IMG/VR virus record: IMGVR_UViG_3300042564_002458
Span: 1-64,000 of that record
DNA: 64,000 nucleotides
Source: a virus
Strand: one strand, 5' to 3'
In this document: positions 19,713 through 30,948 of the stretch, in pieces
Layout: every line of letters starts with the position of its first letter
How positions within the stretch are numbered: position 1 is the stretch's first letter
The notes under the pieces: model-generated
What the model was told of the DNA's origin: nothing
The model's input: the letters and a program-made list of their open reading frames with translations, nothing else
Database searches by the model: none
Made by a program: the position numbers and the translations under genes

Positions 19713-22432
19713 TGTCATATGTAGATGCTATATTAGATAGAGACAAGGATATTATTCACGTTGTGGAACGTGATGCTGACGGTACTCGTCGTTATGATCA
19801 ATATCCAACCAATTACACTTTCTATTACTCCGATCCTAAAGGAAAATATCGTACTGTTTATGACGATACGGTAACTAGATTCTCTACTCGTAAGCGTAGT
19901 GAGTTTCAAAAAGAACTCAAAATGCATAGTGGTAAGAAAATCTTTGAAAGTGATATCAATCCTATCTTTCGTATGTTAGCTGATAACTATCTTGGAAAAG
20001 ATAGTCCACCACTTCATACTTGTTTTTTTGACATTGAAACGGATTTTGATCCGAAAAAAGGTTTTGCCCCAACCACTGATCCATTTAATCCAGTTACGGC
20101 AATTTCGTTATATCTAGATTGGTGTGATCAATTGGTTACCTTATGTATTCCACCAAAACATATGAGTTCAGAAATGGCCAAAGATATATCAAAAGATTTT
20201 GAAAATACTTTTGTATTTGATAATGAAATTGATATGTTCAATATGTTTTTTGATTTGATAGAAGATTCAGATGTATTAACTGGTTGGAACTCAGCTGGGT
20301 ATGATATACCATACATGGTTAATCGTGTTACTAGAGTTATGTCCAAGGATGATACTCGTAGATTTTGTTTATGGAATCAATTACCAAAACCAAGAACATA
20401 TATCATGTTTGATCAAGAACAAGAGACATATGACTTGTTTGGACGAGTTCATATGGATTATCTTGAACTATATAAGAAATATAACTATGAAAGTCGTCAT
20501 AGTTATAAACTTGATTATATTGGTGAAATGGAAGTTGGTGAAAACAAAACTCAATATGAAGGTTCATTGGATCAATTATACAATAAAGATTGGCGTAAGT
20601 TTCTAGAATACAATCGTCAAGATACAATGTTGTTGTTCAAGATTCACGACAAATTAAAATTCTTAAATCTCGCTAATGATATCGCTCATCAAAACGGCGT
20701 ATTGATAGCAACTGCCATGGGTTCTGTGGCCATGATTGATCAAGCAGTGGTCAATGAAGCTCATTCTCGTGGTCTAATAGTTCCTGACAAAGTAAGGAGA
20801 AGTAATGATTTATCGGACGAACCAACGGCAGCTGGTGCCTATGTTGCTGTGCCTAAAAAAGGAATCCATGAATGGATCGCGGCGGTTGACATCAACTCGC
20901 TTTACCCGTCAGTCATCCGTGCTCTTAACATGGCGCCAGAAACCATCGTTGGACAAATCAGACCACACATGACCGATAAGTATATCACTGATCGTATGAC
21001 TGATAAAGTGATAAACGGTAAGAAAGTTAAGGCAATGACTTTTGCTCAGGCATGGGACGGATTGTTTGGTACATTAGAATATACTGCTGTTATGAATCAA
21101 GAACGTGGCACTATATTAACCATTGATTGGGAACGTGGTAATAGTGAAGAAGCTAGTGCGGCAGAAATCTGGAAAATGATTTTTGATAGTAATCAACCAT
21201 GGATGTTATCGGCCAATGGAACCATTTATACCTATGAAAAAGAAGGTGTGATTCCAGGTCTATTAACTAAATGGTATAGTGAACGTAAAGATATTCAAAA
21301 GCAATTGAAATCTGCCACTACAAAAGAAGATAGAGAATTCTTTGACAAACGACAGTTAGTTAGAAAAATTCTACTTAACTCTGCATATGGGGCTTTGTTA
21401 AATCCACATTCACGATTTTATGATTTAAGATTAGGACAAAGTACTACGCTAAATGGACGTTGTATTGTTAGACATATGAGTGCCTATCTTAATGAAGCAA
21501 TTGCTGGAGTATATGATCATAACGGTGATGCAATTATTTACGGTGATACTGACTCATGTTATTTCAGTGCTTGGCCAATTCTAGGAAAAGATCCAGAGAT
21601 GAGTAAGAATTGGAACAAAGATGTAGCGGTAGAAATCTATGACAATCTTGGTGAGGCAGTTAATGCCAGTTTCCCTGAATTTATGGAACGATCATTTCAT
21701 ACTACACATAAGAATGGTTCTATTATTGCCGCTGGTCGTGAATTAGTGGCTGATCGTGGAATCTTTATGAGTAAGAAACGTTATGCTGTAAACATCTATG
21801 ATAAAGAAGGTAAACGATTGGATGTTAATGGTGAAACTGGTAAGATCAAAGCCATGGGTTTGGATTTGAAACGAGCCGATACTCCAAAATATGTACAGGA
21901 ATTTCTGTATGACATTCTTAAAATGGTTCTTCTTGGCACTGATCGTGAAAAAGTTATTGCTGACATTCGTGAATTCAAACTTAAATTATCCAAGAATGAA
22001 AGTTGGACCAAGGGTAGACCAATGGGTGTTAAGAAGATTACTCATTACGAAGAAATGTTACGTAGAGAAAATGAAAGTCATGGTAAAAGAACTGCCAAGA
22101 AAGTCAGTCCACCAGGTCACGTTAATGCCAGTATCAATTGGAACTATTTACGAAAAATGAATGGTGATAACTATTCACAACAAATTGTAGATGGTATGAA
22201 AATTGTAGTATGTCAGTTAAAAGCCAATCCGCTTGGTATGACCAGTGTGGCTTATCCAACTGATGAATTACGATTGCCAGATTGGTTCAAAGAACTTCCA
22301 TTTGATGATGAAGGTATGGAACGAAGTTTAGTAGATGAAAAGATTGAAAACATGATTGGTGTATTGGAATGGGATATTAGACAAGACACCAATATTAATT
22401 CAACATTTGGAACATTGTTTTCATTTGAATAG
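19712..22432 (+). CDS. polB: Family B DNA polymerase (T4 gp43-like)
   Basis: Exo I FDIET, Exo II WNSAGYD, DINSLYPS, KILLNSAYG, YGDTDS, KKRY; no intein seen. Confidence 0.97.
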   Translation: MSYVDAILDRDKDIIHVVERDADGTRRYDQYPTNYTFYYSDPKGKYRTVYDDTVTRFSTRKRSEFQKELKMHSGKKIFESDINPIFRMLADNYLGKDSPPLHTCFFDIETDFDPKKGFAPTTDPFNPVTAISLYLDWCDQLVTLCIPPKHMSSEMAKDISKDFENTFVFDNEIDMFNMFFDLIEDSDVLTGWNSAGYDIPYMVNRVTRVMSKDDTRRFCLWNQLPKPRTYIMFDQEQETYDLFGRVHMDYLELYKKYNYESRHSYKLDYIGEMEVGENKTQYEGSLDQLYNKDWRKFLEYNRQDTMLLFKIHDKLKFLNLANDIAHQNGVLIATAMGSVAMIDQAVVNEAHSRGLIVPDKVRRSNDLSDEPTAAGAYVAVPKKGIHEWIAAVDINSLYPSVIRALNMAPETIVGQIRPHMTDKYITDRMTDKVINGKKVKAMTFAQAWDGLFGTLEYTAVMNQERGTILTIDWERGNSEEASAAEIWKMIFDSNQPWMLSANGTIYTYEKEGVIPGLLTKWYSERKDIQKQLKSATTKEDREFFDKRQLVRKILLNSAYGALLNPHSRFYDLRLGQSTTLNGRCIVRHMSAYLNEAIAGVYDHNGDAIIYGDTDSCYFSAWPILGKDPEMSKNWNKDVAVEIYDNLGEAVNASFPEFMERSFHTTHKNGSIIAAGRELVADRGIFMSKKRYAVNIYDKEGKRLDVNGETGKIKAMGLDLKRADTPKYVQEFLYDILKMVLLGTDREKVIADIREFKLKLSKNESWTKGRPMGVKKITHYEEMLRRENESHGKRTAKKVSPPGHVNASINWNYLRKMNGDNYSQQIVDGMKIVVCQLKANPLGMTSVAYPTDELRLPDWFKELPFDDEGMERSLVDEKIENMIGVLEWDIRQDTNINSTFGTLFSFE

Positions 22433-22503
22433 TTGTCCAAATGATTTGACAATCTATACAAAATACAGTATTATTACACTAACGAGCAAATAAAAGGAAA
22501 AAA

Positions 22504-23235
22504 ATGAAGGATTATCTAACAGATATTATTAGTCACACAAGTCAATTAGGTTTTATTAATCTTATTAAGATTACTGGAACTGATAAAGAAACCATTATTA
22601 ATGCTATGGCTGAAGACAGAACAGTTATTGTTTCTGCAAAGTTTAAGAATCCACAATCGGATTTTAAAGGTATATTTGGTATGCCAAATCTTCCTAAACT
22701 CAAAACCATTCTTGGATTTGATGAATATAATGAAAATGCCACTATTGTCATGACACGTAAAATTCGTGATGGCGAAGATGTTCCAGAGGCAATTCACTTT
22801 GAAACCAGTACTGGAGATTTTGTCAATGACTATCGTTTGATGGGTAAGTCAGTTGTTGAAGATACAGTCAAGCCAGTTAAGTTTGCTGGTGCTGCTTGGA
22901 ACGTAGAATTTGTTCCTAAAGTTGTAAACATTCTTCGTCTTAAGAAACAGTCAGGCGCTAATAGTGAACAAACTACATTTACTACCAAAACTGATGGTAC
23001 TAATCTTAAAGTATATTTTGGTGATGTAAGTACACATAGTGCCAATTTTGTATTTGAAGAAAACATTGTTGGATCATTACAGCGTACATGGGCATGGCCA
23101 GTAACTCAAGTATTGGCTATTCTCGGTCTTGATGGTGACAAAAAGATGTATATCGGTGATGCTGGTGCTATGAAAATCACTGTTGATAGTGGTCTTGTTG
23201 AGTATGAATATTTAATGCCAGCACAACAACCATAA
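22504..23235 (+). CDS. Probable sliding clamp/processivity factor
   Basis: Position after PolB, 243 aa, alternating beta pattern, C-terminal YEYLMPA. Confidence 0.5.
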   Translation: MKDYLTDIISHTSQLGFINLIKITGTDKETIINAMAEDRTVIVSAKFKNPQSDFKGIFGMPNLPKLKTILGFDEYNENATIVMTRKIRDGEDVPEAIHFETSTGDFVNDYRLMGKSVVEDTVKPVKFAGAAWNVEFVPKVVNILRLKKQSGANSEQTTFTTKTDGTNLKVYFGDVSTHSANFVFEENIVGSLQRTWAWPVTQVLAILGLDGDKKMYIGDAGAMKITVDSGLVEYEYLMPAQQP

Positions 23236-23599
23236 GTAAGGATTAATAATGGATCCTCATCAGACAGCAATGGCCGAACGCAGAATTAAAAATTCATTTA
23301 ATGCCACTAGGATATTTTGGCTACCAGTTAATTTCAAAGAATATGAAATTAACATTGGGGTTCAAGTAACCAATGATACTGATTTATCCAATCTTGACAA
23401 ATTAGAGTTGTCCAATGTCATTGACAATATAGATGACAATGTGTTACAATCTAATTTGTTGGACCTAATAGTAGTTAGCAATTTACTTTATGATTATGTT
23501 GCTAGTTATTATACCACACATGATATTCGTATTGATATCATGAATTTTAATCAACCGGTATTTACTACCATTTATCTTTTTAAACAATAGAGAAACATC

Positions 23600-23833
23600 A
23601 TGGCAAAACCACAAATTCAATCTAATCCTCGTGTCAACCAAATTTTTGATGACTTGGAAAAGTTCAAAGATTTCTGTGTAGAATTCGGATATAAGTTTGA
23701 TGAATCATGTCTTTATAACATGCGAAATTATGCTTATCAACAGTATTCAAAGTTTTGTAGTCATAAAAACTTTAAGAATCAATGGACGGAAGATCAACGA
23801 AGATTTGCCCAACAAGAACAACGCTTTTCGTAA
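23600..23833 (+). CDS. Conserved hypothetical phage protein
   Basis: ORF with GAGA SD. Confidence 0.6.
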   Translation: MAKPQIQSNPRVNQIFDDLEKFKDFCVEFGYKFDESCLYNMRNYAYQQYSKFCSHKNFKNQWTEDQRRFAQQEQRFS

Positions 23834-24363
23834 TGTCTATTTCTTTGATAGAACAGAAGAACAATAAACTTAAAATTGGGTTTAATTGTTCTTCTTTTGA
23901 CATGTTACATCCTGGACACATAACCATGCTTAAAATGGAAAAGCAGTTATGTGATTATCTTATAGTTGGACTTCAAGTTGATCCAACTATTGATCGCCCT
24001 GGCATCAAGAACAAACCTGTTCAAAGTGTCTACGAACGTTATGTACAACTTCAAGGTTGTAAATATGTAGATGAAATTCTAGTATATGAAACTGAGTTTG
24101 ATTTATTACAACTACTTAAAACTCAAATGATTCATATTAGATTTTTAGGAGATGAATACAGATCACGAGACTTCACTGGAAAAGAATATTGTCTTAACAA
24201 TGATATTGAGTTATATTATCATGTTCGTCAACATATATATTCTTCTACTGAATTACGTGAACGTGTGACCAGATTGGAAAATTTAAAGATCAAAGATAAA
24301 TCTGTTAGTTTGCCGCAACATTCGTCAGATTTGATCAACTCGAAATTATTTGACAACAAATAA
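23833..24363 (+). CDS. tagD: Glycerol-3-phosphate cytidylyltransferase-like
   Basis: SSFDMLHPGH (HxGH), CKYVDE, YSSTELR. Confidence 0.85.
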   Translation: MSISLIEQKNNKLKIGFNCSSFDMLHPGHITMLKMEKQLCDYLIVGLQVDPTIDRPGIKNKPVQSVYERYVQLQGCKYVDEILVYETEFDLLQLLKTQMIHIRFLGDEYRSRDFTGKEYCLNNDIELYYHVRQHIYSSTELRERVTRLENLKIKDKSVSLPQHSSDLINSKLFDNK

Positions 24364-24533
24364 CAATTAAGATATACTCATATTATGAAATCATTTATAT
24401 CACTTATTTTACTCGTGGCTTGGTTAGGTGGAATTTATTTGGCCAAAGGTTTTTGGTCAGTATTTTTTGCCGTAATTTTTCCATTTTGGGGATATTATCT
24501 TGTCGTTGAACAATTAATAATTAAATATCTATT

Positions 24534-25550
24534 ATGAACAAAATTGGATTTGCTTGTAAATGGATTGATACTCCAGATCAAGTCAATGGTATCAAACCTA
24601 AAGATGATGCTAAAAAGTATACAACTGGAACAACAACTGTAGCCTGGCTTAATCGTCAAACTCGTGACGTAGCAGAACAACGATTGTGGGACTTGATGAT
24701 TCAAAACATCGAATCCACTCGTAAACTTGTAGAAAAGGTAGGAAAATTAGATGAAAATCTTAGAATGGTACGACTCAGTAGCGATATACTTCCTGTATAT
24801 ACTGAGTCTAGCTGGTCGTGGTTTTATAGACAGCAATTCATACGAGATGCCGCCGCTAGAGGATTTGCGGAAATCGGAAATATTGCTCGCGAGATGGGTG
24901 TTAGGCTTAGTATGCATCCTGGTCAGTTTGTTGTTCTTGCTAGTATTGATGAGGGTATTGTTCAACGAAGTATAGAGGAGTTTGAATATCATGCAGACAT
25001 GGCTAGATGGATGGGATATGGAAAAACTTTTCAAGATTTTAAAATTAATGTACATATCTCTGGTAAACGAGGACCAGAAGGTATTAGATTAGCATATAAA
25101 CGCTTATCGCCAGAGGCAAGAAATTGCATCACAATCGAAAACGAAGAAAACTCATGGGGATTAGAAGATGTACTTACTATTAGAGATATCGTTCCTATTG
25201 TTGTTGATATCCATCATCATTGGATACATTCGGGGGAATATATTCAATCTGAAGATGATCGTATATTACGGGTGTTGGATAGCTGGCGTGGTATCAGGCC
25301 TACTTGCCATTATTCTGTTAGTCGCGAAGATTGGTTAAAAGATCATTGTATTAATACGTTACCTAATCGTGATCGTTTAGTTGAGAGTAAAATCAACAAA
25401 CAAAAATTACGTGCTCACAGTAATTTTTATTGGAATAATGCTGTGAATGATTGGGCATTGAGTCATTGGAAATGGGCTGATATTATGTGTGAGAGTAAAG
25501 GTAAAAACTTAGCTTCATTTGAATTATATAGGAGAATTAAAAATGAGTAA
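24534..25550 (+). CDS. uvsE: UV-damage endonuclease
   Basis: IGFAC, RLSSD, RLSMHPGQF, IENEE, DIHHH, RAHS, MCESKGK. Confidence 0.93.
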   Translation: MNKIGFACKWIDTPDQVNGIKPKDDAKKYTTGTTTVAWLNRQTRDVAEQRLWDLMIQNIESTRKLVEKVGKLDENLRMVRLSSDILPVYTESSWSWFYRQQFIRDAAARGFAEIGNIAREMGVRLSMHPGQFVVLASIDEGIVQRSIEEFEYHADMARWMGYGKTFQDFKINVHISGKRGPEGIRLAYKRLSPEARNCITIENEENSWGLEDVLTIRDIVPIVVDIHHHWIHSGEYIQSEDDRILRVLDSWRGIRPTCHYSVSREDWLKDHCINTLPNRDRLVESKINKQKLRAHSNFYWNNAVNDWALSHWKWADIMCESKGKNLASFELYRRIKNE

Positions 25551-26202
25551 AATGGGTAAAATTATTAAGATTCCAAAATCTAAACTTATAACATTGTCTA
25601 ATAAAATGTATGATGACATTAACATTTTTAAACCTGACGAAATTATTATATGTTCTGAACTTAATACTACGGCAGAGATATATGAAAAACTGAGATCAAT
25701 GAATACATCATCATTTGCTTACATGTTTAACTATGCTCCATATAATAAATATCCAGATGAAGAAGGAAGTTATCTTGAATATGCTTTTTTAAAAGCTGGT
25801 GAAAGTAATGGATATGTTAAGGGTGAAAGACTTGTTAGACAATTGCGTCATTTAGATGGTTGGAACGAGAAGAAACCCCCATATAGTTGTAATGGAGTTG
25901 ATTTTAAAGGTGGACTAGAACGATTAATTGCAGAACTTGATTATCCATTAGATATATTAAATAAAAATAATATTAATATTGGAATTTGGAGTATCAACGA
26001 TGAATTTAGATGGTCTAATTTACTGACAGAAGAAGATGGTGAAAAAGCTATATGGATAGAGGGTGAACTATGTGATCAACATATTAAAATTTACGGTAAA
26101 TTGCCACCATTGAATATAAAAGATCCATCTAAGTGTAAGATTTATACTGATCCAAGAATGCCAAATCCGAATATTAGACCAGTACAATTTAAAGTTGGCT
26201 AA
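25543..26202 (+). CDS. Hypothetical protein, weak GIY-YIG-like pattern
   Basis: FLKAGES...ERL and EGEL...YGKLPPLN. Confidence 0.45.
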   Translation: MSKMGKIIKIPKSKLITLSNKMYDDINIFKPDEIIICSELNTTAEIYEKLRSMNTSSFAYMFNYAPYNKYPDEEGSYLEYAFLKAGESNGYVKGERLVRQLRHLDGWNEKKPPYSCNGVDFKGGLERLIAELDYPLDILNKNNINIGIWSINDEFRWSNLLTEEDGEKAIWIEGELCDQHIKIYGKLPPLNIKDPSKCKIYTDPRMPNPNIRPVQFKVG

Positions 26203-26207
26203 AATAT

Positions 26208-26438
26208 ATGTCTGATCTTCATTTACCAATTAGTCCATTCTTAGATAATGCTTCTAATTGGTATCTTAGTACTCATAGGAATCCTTATGATGATCATTCC
26301 GAACTTTATTCTAGATATAAAGTTTGGATTAATGAACAAGGTGTTATATTACGAGATATGGATGAGAAAGTTAGAACATATCTTTATTTTAAAGATGAAC
26401 AATCAATGTTGTTATTTGCCCTACGTTGGGGAAATTAA
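26208..26438 (+). CDS. Small FxL[KR]W-family protein
   Basis: C-terminus YFKDEQSMLLFALRW. Confidence 0.65.
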   Translation: MSDLHLPISPFLDNASNWYLSTHRNPYDDHSELYSRYKVWINEQGVILRDMDEKVRTYLYFKDEQSMLLFALRWGN

Positions 26439-26709
26439 TTGGATGAAATTGAATATTATAAATATACTATGCCACTAGATAATCTTTTTTTGATTGGCAA
26501 TCATGCAATATATTCTAATGTTGTATTTAATAGAAAATTTGCTTGGTTTCCTCATCGTTGTAAATTAAGTAATAGAATTATATGGTTACAAATGGCACAA
26601 TATGTAACTGAGATGTGGATCTCAATACGAATAGATGGTCCAATATATGAAAATTATTGGCATCATGATCATGAACATTTAATCTGGCTATTAAAGAAAT
26701 AGGAAAAAC

Positions 26710-27153
26710 ATGTTTGAATTATTAAAGAAATTATTTATTAACCAAGAACCAATTATAGAATCAAAACCTGAAGTGGTTAAAAATCCTCGCAAACCACGTA
26801 AATCTAAAGTTGTACTTAGTGAAAAAGAACGAGCAACGGCCGCGGGTGAACCATATATCAGCGTACTTAAAATGGATATTGATCCAGAAAATATCAATAG
26901 CGGTAGTTTTGAACTGGATTGGAATAGTAAATTTGCCGCTAATTTGGCACGTGCTGGATATCAACAAAAACCAGGCGAAAGTGAAGATGTAATCGTTGAT
27001 CGTTGGTTTCAAACTGTATGTAGAAATATAGCACTTGAAGTATATGAACAAAATATTGCAGATCCAATTAATCGTGAAACTGATCAATTAAAAGAAGAAT
27101 TACGAAATATCCGCCGCACTGATATAGGTAACGGTCGTTCAGAAATCAGTTGA
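26710..27153 (+). CDS. Conserved hypothetical phage protein
   Basis: AGGA SD; FELDWN...IVDRWF. Confidence 0.7.
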   Translation: MFELLKKLFINQEPIIESKPEVVKNPRKPRKSKVVLSEKERATAAGEPYISVLKMDIDPENINSGSFELDWNSKFAANLARAGYQQKPGESEDVIVDRWFQTVCRNIALEVYEQNIADPINRETDQLKEELRNIRRTDIGNGRSEIS

Positions 27154-27239
27154 TTTAGATCAATTCATCCATATTTCATTGACATAAACGCTTAATAATA
27201 GTATAATATACGTATATTATAAGCTAAATAAAGATCACA

Positions 27240-28271
27240 ATGAAATATATACTCATAGATACTGCCAATCTGTTTTTCAAAAGCCGTCATTTTGCTAGTA
27301 AACACAGTGACGATTGGGAAAAGATTGGAATGGCATTACATCTTACTTTAAGTGGTGTTCAAAGTATTGTCAGACGTTTCATTGGTTCAGAACCATGTCA
27401 TGTTATCTTTGCTCTTGAAGGTAGATCCTGGCGTAAAGATTTTTATCTGCCTTACAAAGCCAATCGTGCTGTCAAACGTGCGGCACTAACAGAAAAAGAA
27501 GTTGAACAGGATCAAATGTTCTGGGATACTTATGACACATTCACAAAATTTCTAGACGAAAAAACCAACGTATCAGTATTACGTTGTCCTACGGCAGAAG
27601 CAGATGATATCATTGCCAGATTTGTACAACTTCATACAGAAGATGAACATTTCATTATCAGTAGTGATGGTGATTTTGCTCAACTTATTGATTCAAATGT
27701 AAAACAATATAACAGTATGACTGGTCATTTGATTACACTTGAAGGATATTATGATGATCGTGGACGTGAAGTTAAAGATAAAAAAACAAAAGAACATAAA
27801 AAACTAGAAGCCCCACAATATTTGTTGTTTGAAAAATGTATGCGTGGTGATACTAGTGATAATGTATTCAGTGCCTATCCTGGCATTAGAACTAAAGGCA
27901 CCAAGAAAACAGTTGGATTGATTGACGCTTATCATGATCGTGAAAGCAAAGGATTCAATTGGAATAACGTAATGTTACAACGTTGGGTTGATCATAATGG
28001 TGTTGAACATAGAGTTTTGGATGATTATAATCGTAATGTTACATTGTGTGACTTAACAGCACAACCACAAGAAGTCAAGAATGCAGTAGATCAATGTATA
28101 CATGAACAGATCAGAGTAGTTCCCAAAACAGGAGTTGGAATGAGTCTTATGAAGTTTGTTGCCAAATATGAACTAACAAAAATCAGCGAACAAGTTGAGC
28201 AATATGCCAAGTGGATGAATGCAACTTATGATGGAAAACTTAAACTTATAGAAGAAAATAATGTGGTATGA
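27240..28271 (+). CDS. rnh: 5'-3' exonuclease / T4 RNase H-like (FEN family)
   Basis: ILID, SWRK...YKANR, EADDII, SSDGDF, GDTSDNV. Confidence 0.9.
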   Translation: MKYILIDTANLFFKSRHFASKHSDDWEKIGMALHLTLSGVQSIVRRFIGSEPCHVIFALEGRSWRKDFYLPYKANRAVKRAALTEKEVEQDQMFWDTYDTFTKFLDEKTNVSVLRCPTAEADDIIARFVQLHTEDEHFIISSDGDFAQLIDSNVKQYNSMTGHLITLEGYYDDRGREVKDKKTKEHKKLEAPQYLLFEKCMRGDTSDNVFSAYPGIRTKGTKKTVGLIDAYHDRESKGFNWNNVMLQRWVDHNGVEHRVLDDYNRNVTLCDLTAQPQEVKNAVDQCIHEQIRVVPKTGVGMSLMKFVAKYELTKISEQVEQYAKWMNATYDGKLKLIEENNVV

Positions 28272-28500
28272 ATTCCCAAAAATGTATAAATGTCCCAAAT
28301 GTCATCATACAATGAATTATAGTTCATATGATGATTACAAAGAGACGCCGCTTACACAAAACAATAATCCAATTTGTCCTAAATGTTGGAATGATTTTAT
28401 TCTAGGTATTGGGGCGGAAATGCGATGTATAGTTGATTTTGGTGTTGGTAGTGATTATGATAATACTCATGGAGATAAGAAATTAAATAATGAAATCTGA
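28261..28500 (+). CDS. Small zinc-ribbon protein
   Basis: Two CPKC motifs. Confidence 0.55.
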   Translation: MWYEFPKMYKCPKCHHTMNYSSYDDYKETPLTQNNNPICPKCWNDFILGIGAEMRCIVDFGVGSDYDNTHGDKKLNNEI

Positions 28501-28695
28501 ATTTAAGAAAATAGCAGATGATTGTGAGTTGTACATTGAGCCACAAAGTCAAAGTAGAATGTTAGAAGTAGAATTCTTTGGCGAACAAGTGGCTAAGAAA
28601 TGTTGCGAGATACTTGATGATAAACGTTTTGATAATGTTAGACCAAGTATGATAATTGATCAGGCAATGATTAAACAATTTTTTGAGATAAAATA

Positions 28696-29376
28696 ATGAG
28701 TAATGTTTGGGATACACTAATTAAAGTAGAACAATACTTTGAAAGTCAGTTTTATGCTACTGGTAGTATAATTGAAGAACCTGGAATGCATCGTTTTAAT
28801 CAATCAGGTTGGATCAATAAAGTTTGGGCAAGTAGCAGATATCGTAGAGCGCACATTGACGTTGTAGATGCCAGAGACACTAAAGGATTGTGGATGATGC
28901 ATTGTTGTGTTTTCCCACATTTACATAATCCTGCTCCTATCTTTGGATTTGATGTAGTCGCAGGTAAAAATAAAATTACAGGATGTTTTCATGATTTTAG
29001 TCCAGCCGGAGATGCAGAACATCCGCTAATAGATTGGTTTGCAAACGAATCTGGCAAATTAGAATGGAATAAGCCACGTCCATTACCTGAGTGGGCACAA
29101 CGTATATTTACTAAACATATGATTGCCGCTGGTAATGTAAGTGATCCTATAGAATTAGAACAAATATTAGTTATGTCTAGAAAACATCTAGATCATTATC
29201 TGAATGTCATAGATGAAACTAATAATACAGTAACTAGTACCAAAGATCATCAAAATTATTACGCACAAAATCAGAAACAAAACCCACATACACCTAAAGT
29301 AATGGTTAGTTTAGGGTTAAGTGAATCAGATGTAAAAGTTTTTGTACAGGATTGTTTGTTTCCAGAAATACTATAA
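28696..29376 (+). CDS. pcyX: Ferredoxin-dependent bilin reductase, PcyX type
   Basis: RRAHIDVVD, LWMMHCCVFP, PIFGFD, DFSP, RPLPEWAQRIF, QKQNPHT; His69/Asp86 pair; adjacent to heme oxygenase. Confidence 0.9.
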   Translation: MSNVWDTLIKVEQYFESQFYATGSIIEEPGMHRFNQSGWINKVWASSRYRRAHIDVVDARDTKGLWMMHCCVFPHLHNPAPIFGFDVVAGKNKITGCFHDFSPAGDAEHPLIDWFANESGKLEWNKPRPLPEWAQRIFTKHMIAAGNVSDPIELEQILVMSRKHLDHYLNVIDETNNTVTSTKDHQNYYAQNQKQNPHTPKVMVSLGLSESDVKVFVQDCLFPEIL

Positions 29377-29420
29377 TAAAGTATGGAAATTGATCACTAA
29401 AAAATTTTAAAGGTAAAACA

Positions 29421-29978
29421 ATGAGTATTTTAAGAGAACATACAAACGAAAAACATAGAGCGATAGAAAGTCATATATTTGTACAAATGATGATGAATGG
29501 TGAATTGTCTAAAGAACAACATGCCATGTATTTACAACAAATGTATCATGTTTATCGTGATATTGAATATTATGGTGAAATGGTTGGATTATTTCATGAT
29601 ATGCGTTCTATTAAAAGAACAGATGCCATTAAAGAAGATATTCATGAACTTGGATATAAAGTATTAAACTCTGATGAAATTTTTCCTAGTACACAAGCCT
29701 ATCGTGAACATATTTTAAATTTGTACTATGGTAAAAAAGGTGATCAGATTTTAGCTCATATTTATGTAAGACATATGGGTGATTTATATGGTGGTAAACT
29801 TATTGCTAGAAAAGTACCAGGATCAGGAAAGGTCTATCAATTTGAGAATAGTCAAGAATTGATTAAGACATTAGATGCAAAACTAACTATGAATATTCTT
29901 GATGAAGCTTTGTTGGCATTTGATATGAATGGTCATATGTTTGATGATATGTTAAAAAAGGTAAATGAAACAAAATGA
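29421..29978 (+). CDS. hemO: Heme oxygenase
   Basis: LREHTNEKH proximal His; AHIYVRHMGDLYGG signature. Confidence 0.9.
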   Translation: MSILREHTNEKHRAIESHIFVQMMMNGELSKEQHAMYLQQMYHVYRDIEYYGEMVGLFHDMRSIKRTDAIKEDIHELGYKVLNSDEIFPSTQAYREHILNLYYGKKGDQILAHIYVRHMGDLYGGKLIARKVPGSGKVYQFENSQELIKTLDAKLTMNILDEALLAFDMNGHMFDDMLKKVNETK

Positions 29979-30511
29979 TTACTTTAAAAGATTTTATGGA
30001 AACAGTTAACTACAAGATCAGTGAAGGTAGTGATTACTTGTGGAACTGTTATGGTGAAAATAGTTATCGTTTAGATAGTTGGAATGGTGAAAATGATGGA
30101 TACAGTGCTAGTATAGTATTTGATACAAAAACTCAAGTAGTTTACGAAACAACAGCATATGACTATCAGTTTAATCGTGCCTATCGTATGATCAATCCAG
30201 ACTATATTAAGAAACATAACAAAGAAGGAAAAAAATGTGGTGTTAACGTAAAACAAGCATGGGACGATGTTGATTATGTTGATCTAGACGTTGAAGAAGA
30301 CTTTTTAGAAAAATTGTTAGCTATTGTATCAGGAGAGGATTATGATACTAGAGTATTAATTCCTGTTGATATGACTGAAGTTCAATTCGCATTAGTTGCT
30401 CGTGCTGCTCATGAGGCTGATATTACAGTGAATGAATTTTTTGAACGAGCCTTGACTGAATATGTCAAAGAGAATCATAAATTAAAGGAACAAAATGACA
30501 CTGATTGCTAA
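29975..30511 (+). CDS. Conserved hypothetical phage protein, possible C-terminal RHH
   Basis: AAHEADITVNEFFERAL resembles ribbon-helix-helix. Confidence 0.6.
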   Translation: MITLKDFMETVNYKISEGSDYLWNCYGENSYRLDSWNGENDGYSASIVFDTKTQVVYETTAYDYQFNRAYRMINPDYIKKHNKEGKKCGVNVKQAWDDVDYVDLDVEEDFLEKLLAIVSGEDYDTRVLIPVDMTEVQFALVARAAHEADITVNEFFERALTEYVKENHKLKEQNDTDC

Positions 30512-30938
30512 AACTATTGTACGAGATCAACTATGGGTTATTACTGATGGTGATAGAAAAATTGGTAATGTAGAGGCAGATCAATCGGGTTATTGTATTA
30601 AGATTGGTGGTGATACTAAACATTATGCCAGTACTAAGGCCATTGAACAAACACTTCACGTAATGTTTGATAAACCAGTGACATTAGAATCACATGAAGA
30701 AACTCCATTTGCTCATTGGCCAGTAGAAGGAAAAACGTTTAATAATTTTTATGATATCAAACGTAAGTTACATGTTTATACCAAAAGTGAAAAGAGTTTA
30801 TGTTATCATTGTGCCGGATATTTTAATATCAAAATGAATGATGAATGGGAAACAATATTTTGTCCAAAATATATCTTTGTTCAACGATATCCATATCATG
30901 GTCCATTTAAAACCAAAGATGAGGCTTTATATAGATAA
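30495..30938 (+). CDS. Conserved hypothetical phage protein
   Basis: AAGGA SD; FCPK...YHGPFKT. Confidence 0.65.
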   Translation: MTLIAKTIVRDQLWVITDGDRKIGNVEADQSGYCIKIGGDTKHYASTKAIEQTLHVMFDKPVTLESHEETPFAHWPVEGKTFNNFYDIKRKLHVYTKSEKSLCYHCAGYFNIKMNDEWETIFCPKYIFVQRYPYHGPFKTKDEALYR

Positions 30939-30948
30939 ATAATTAACT

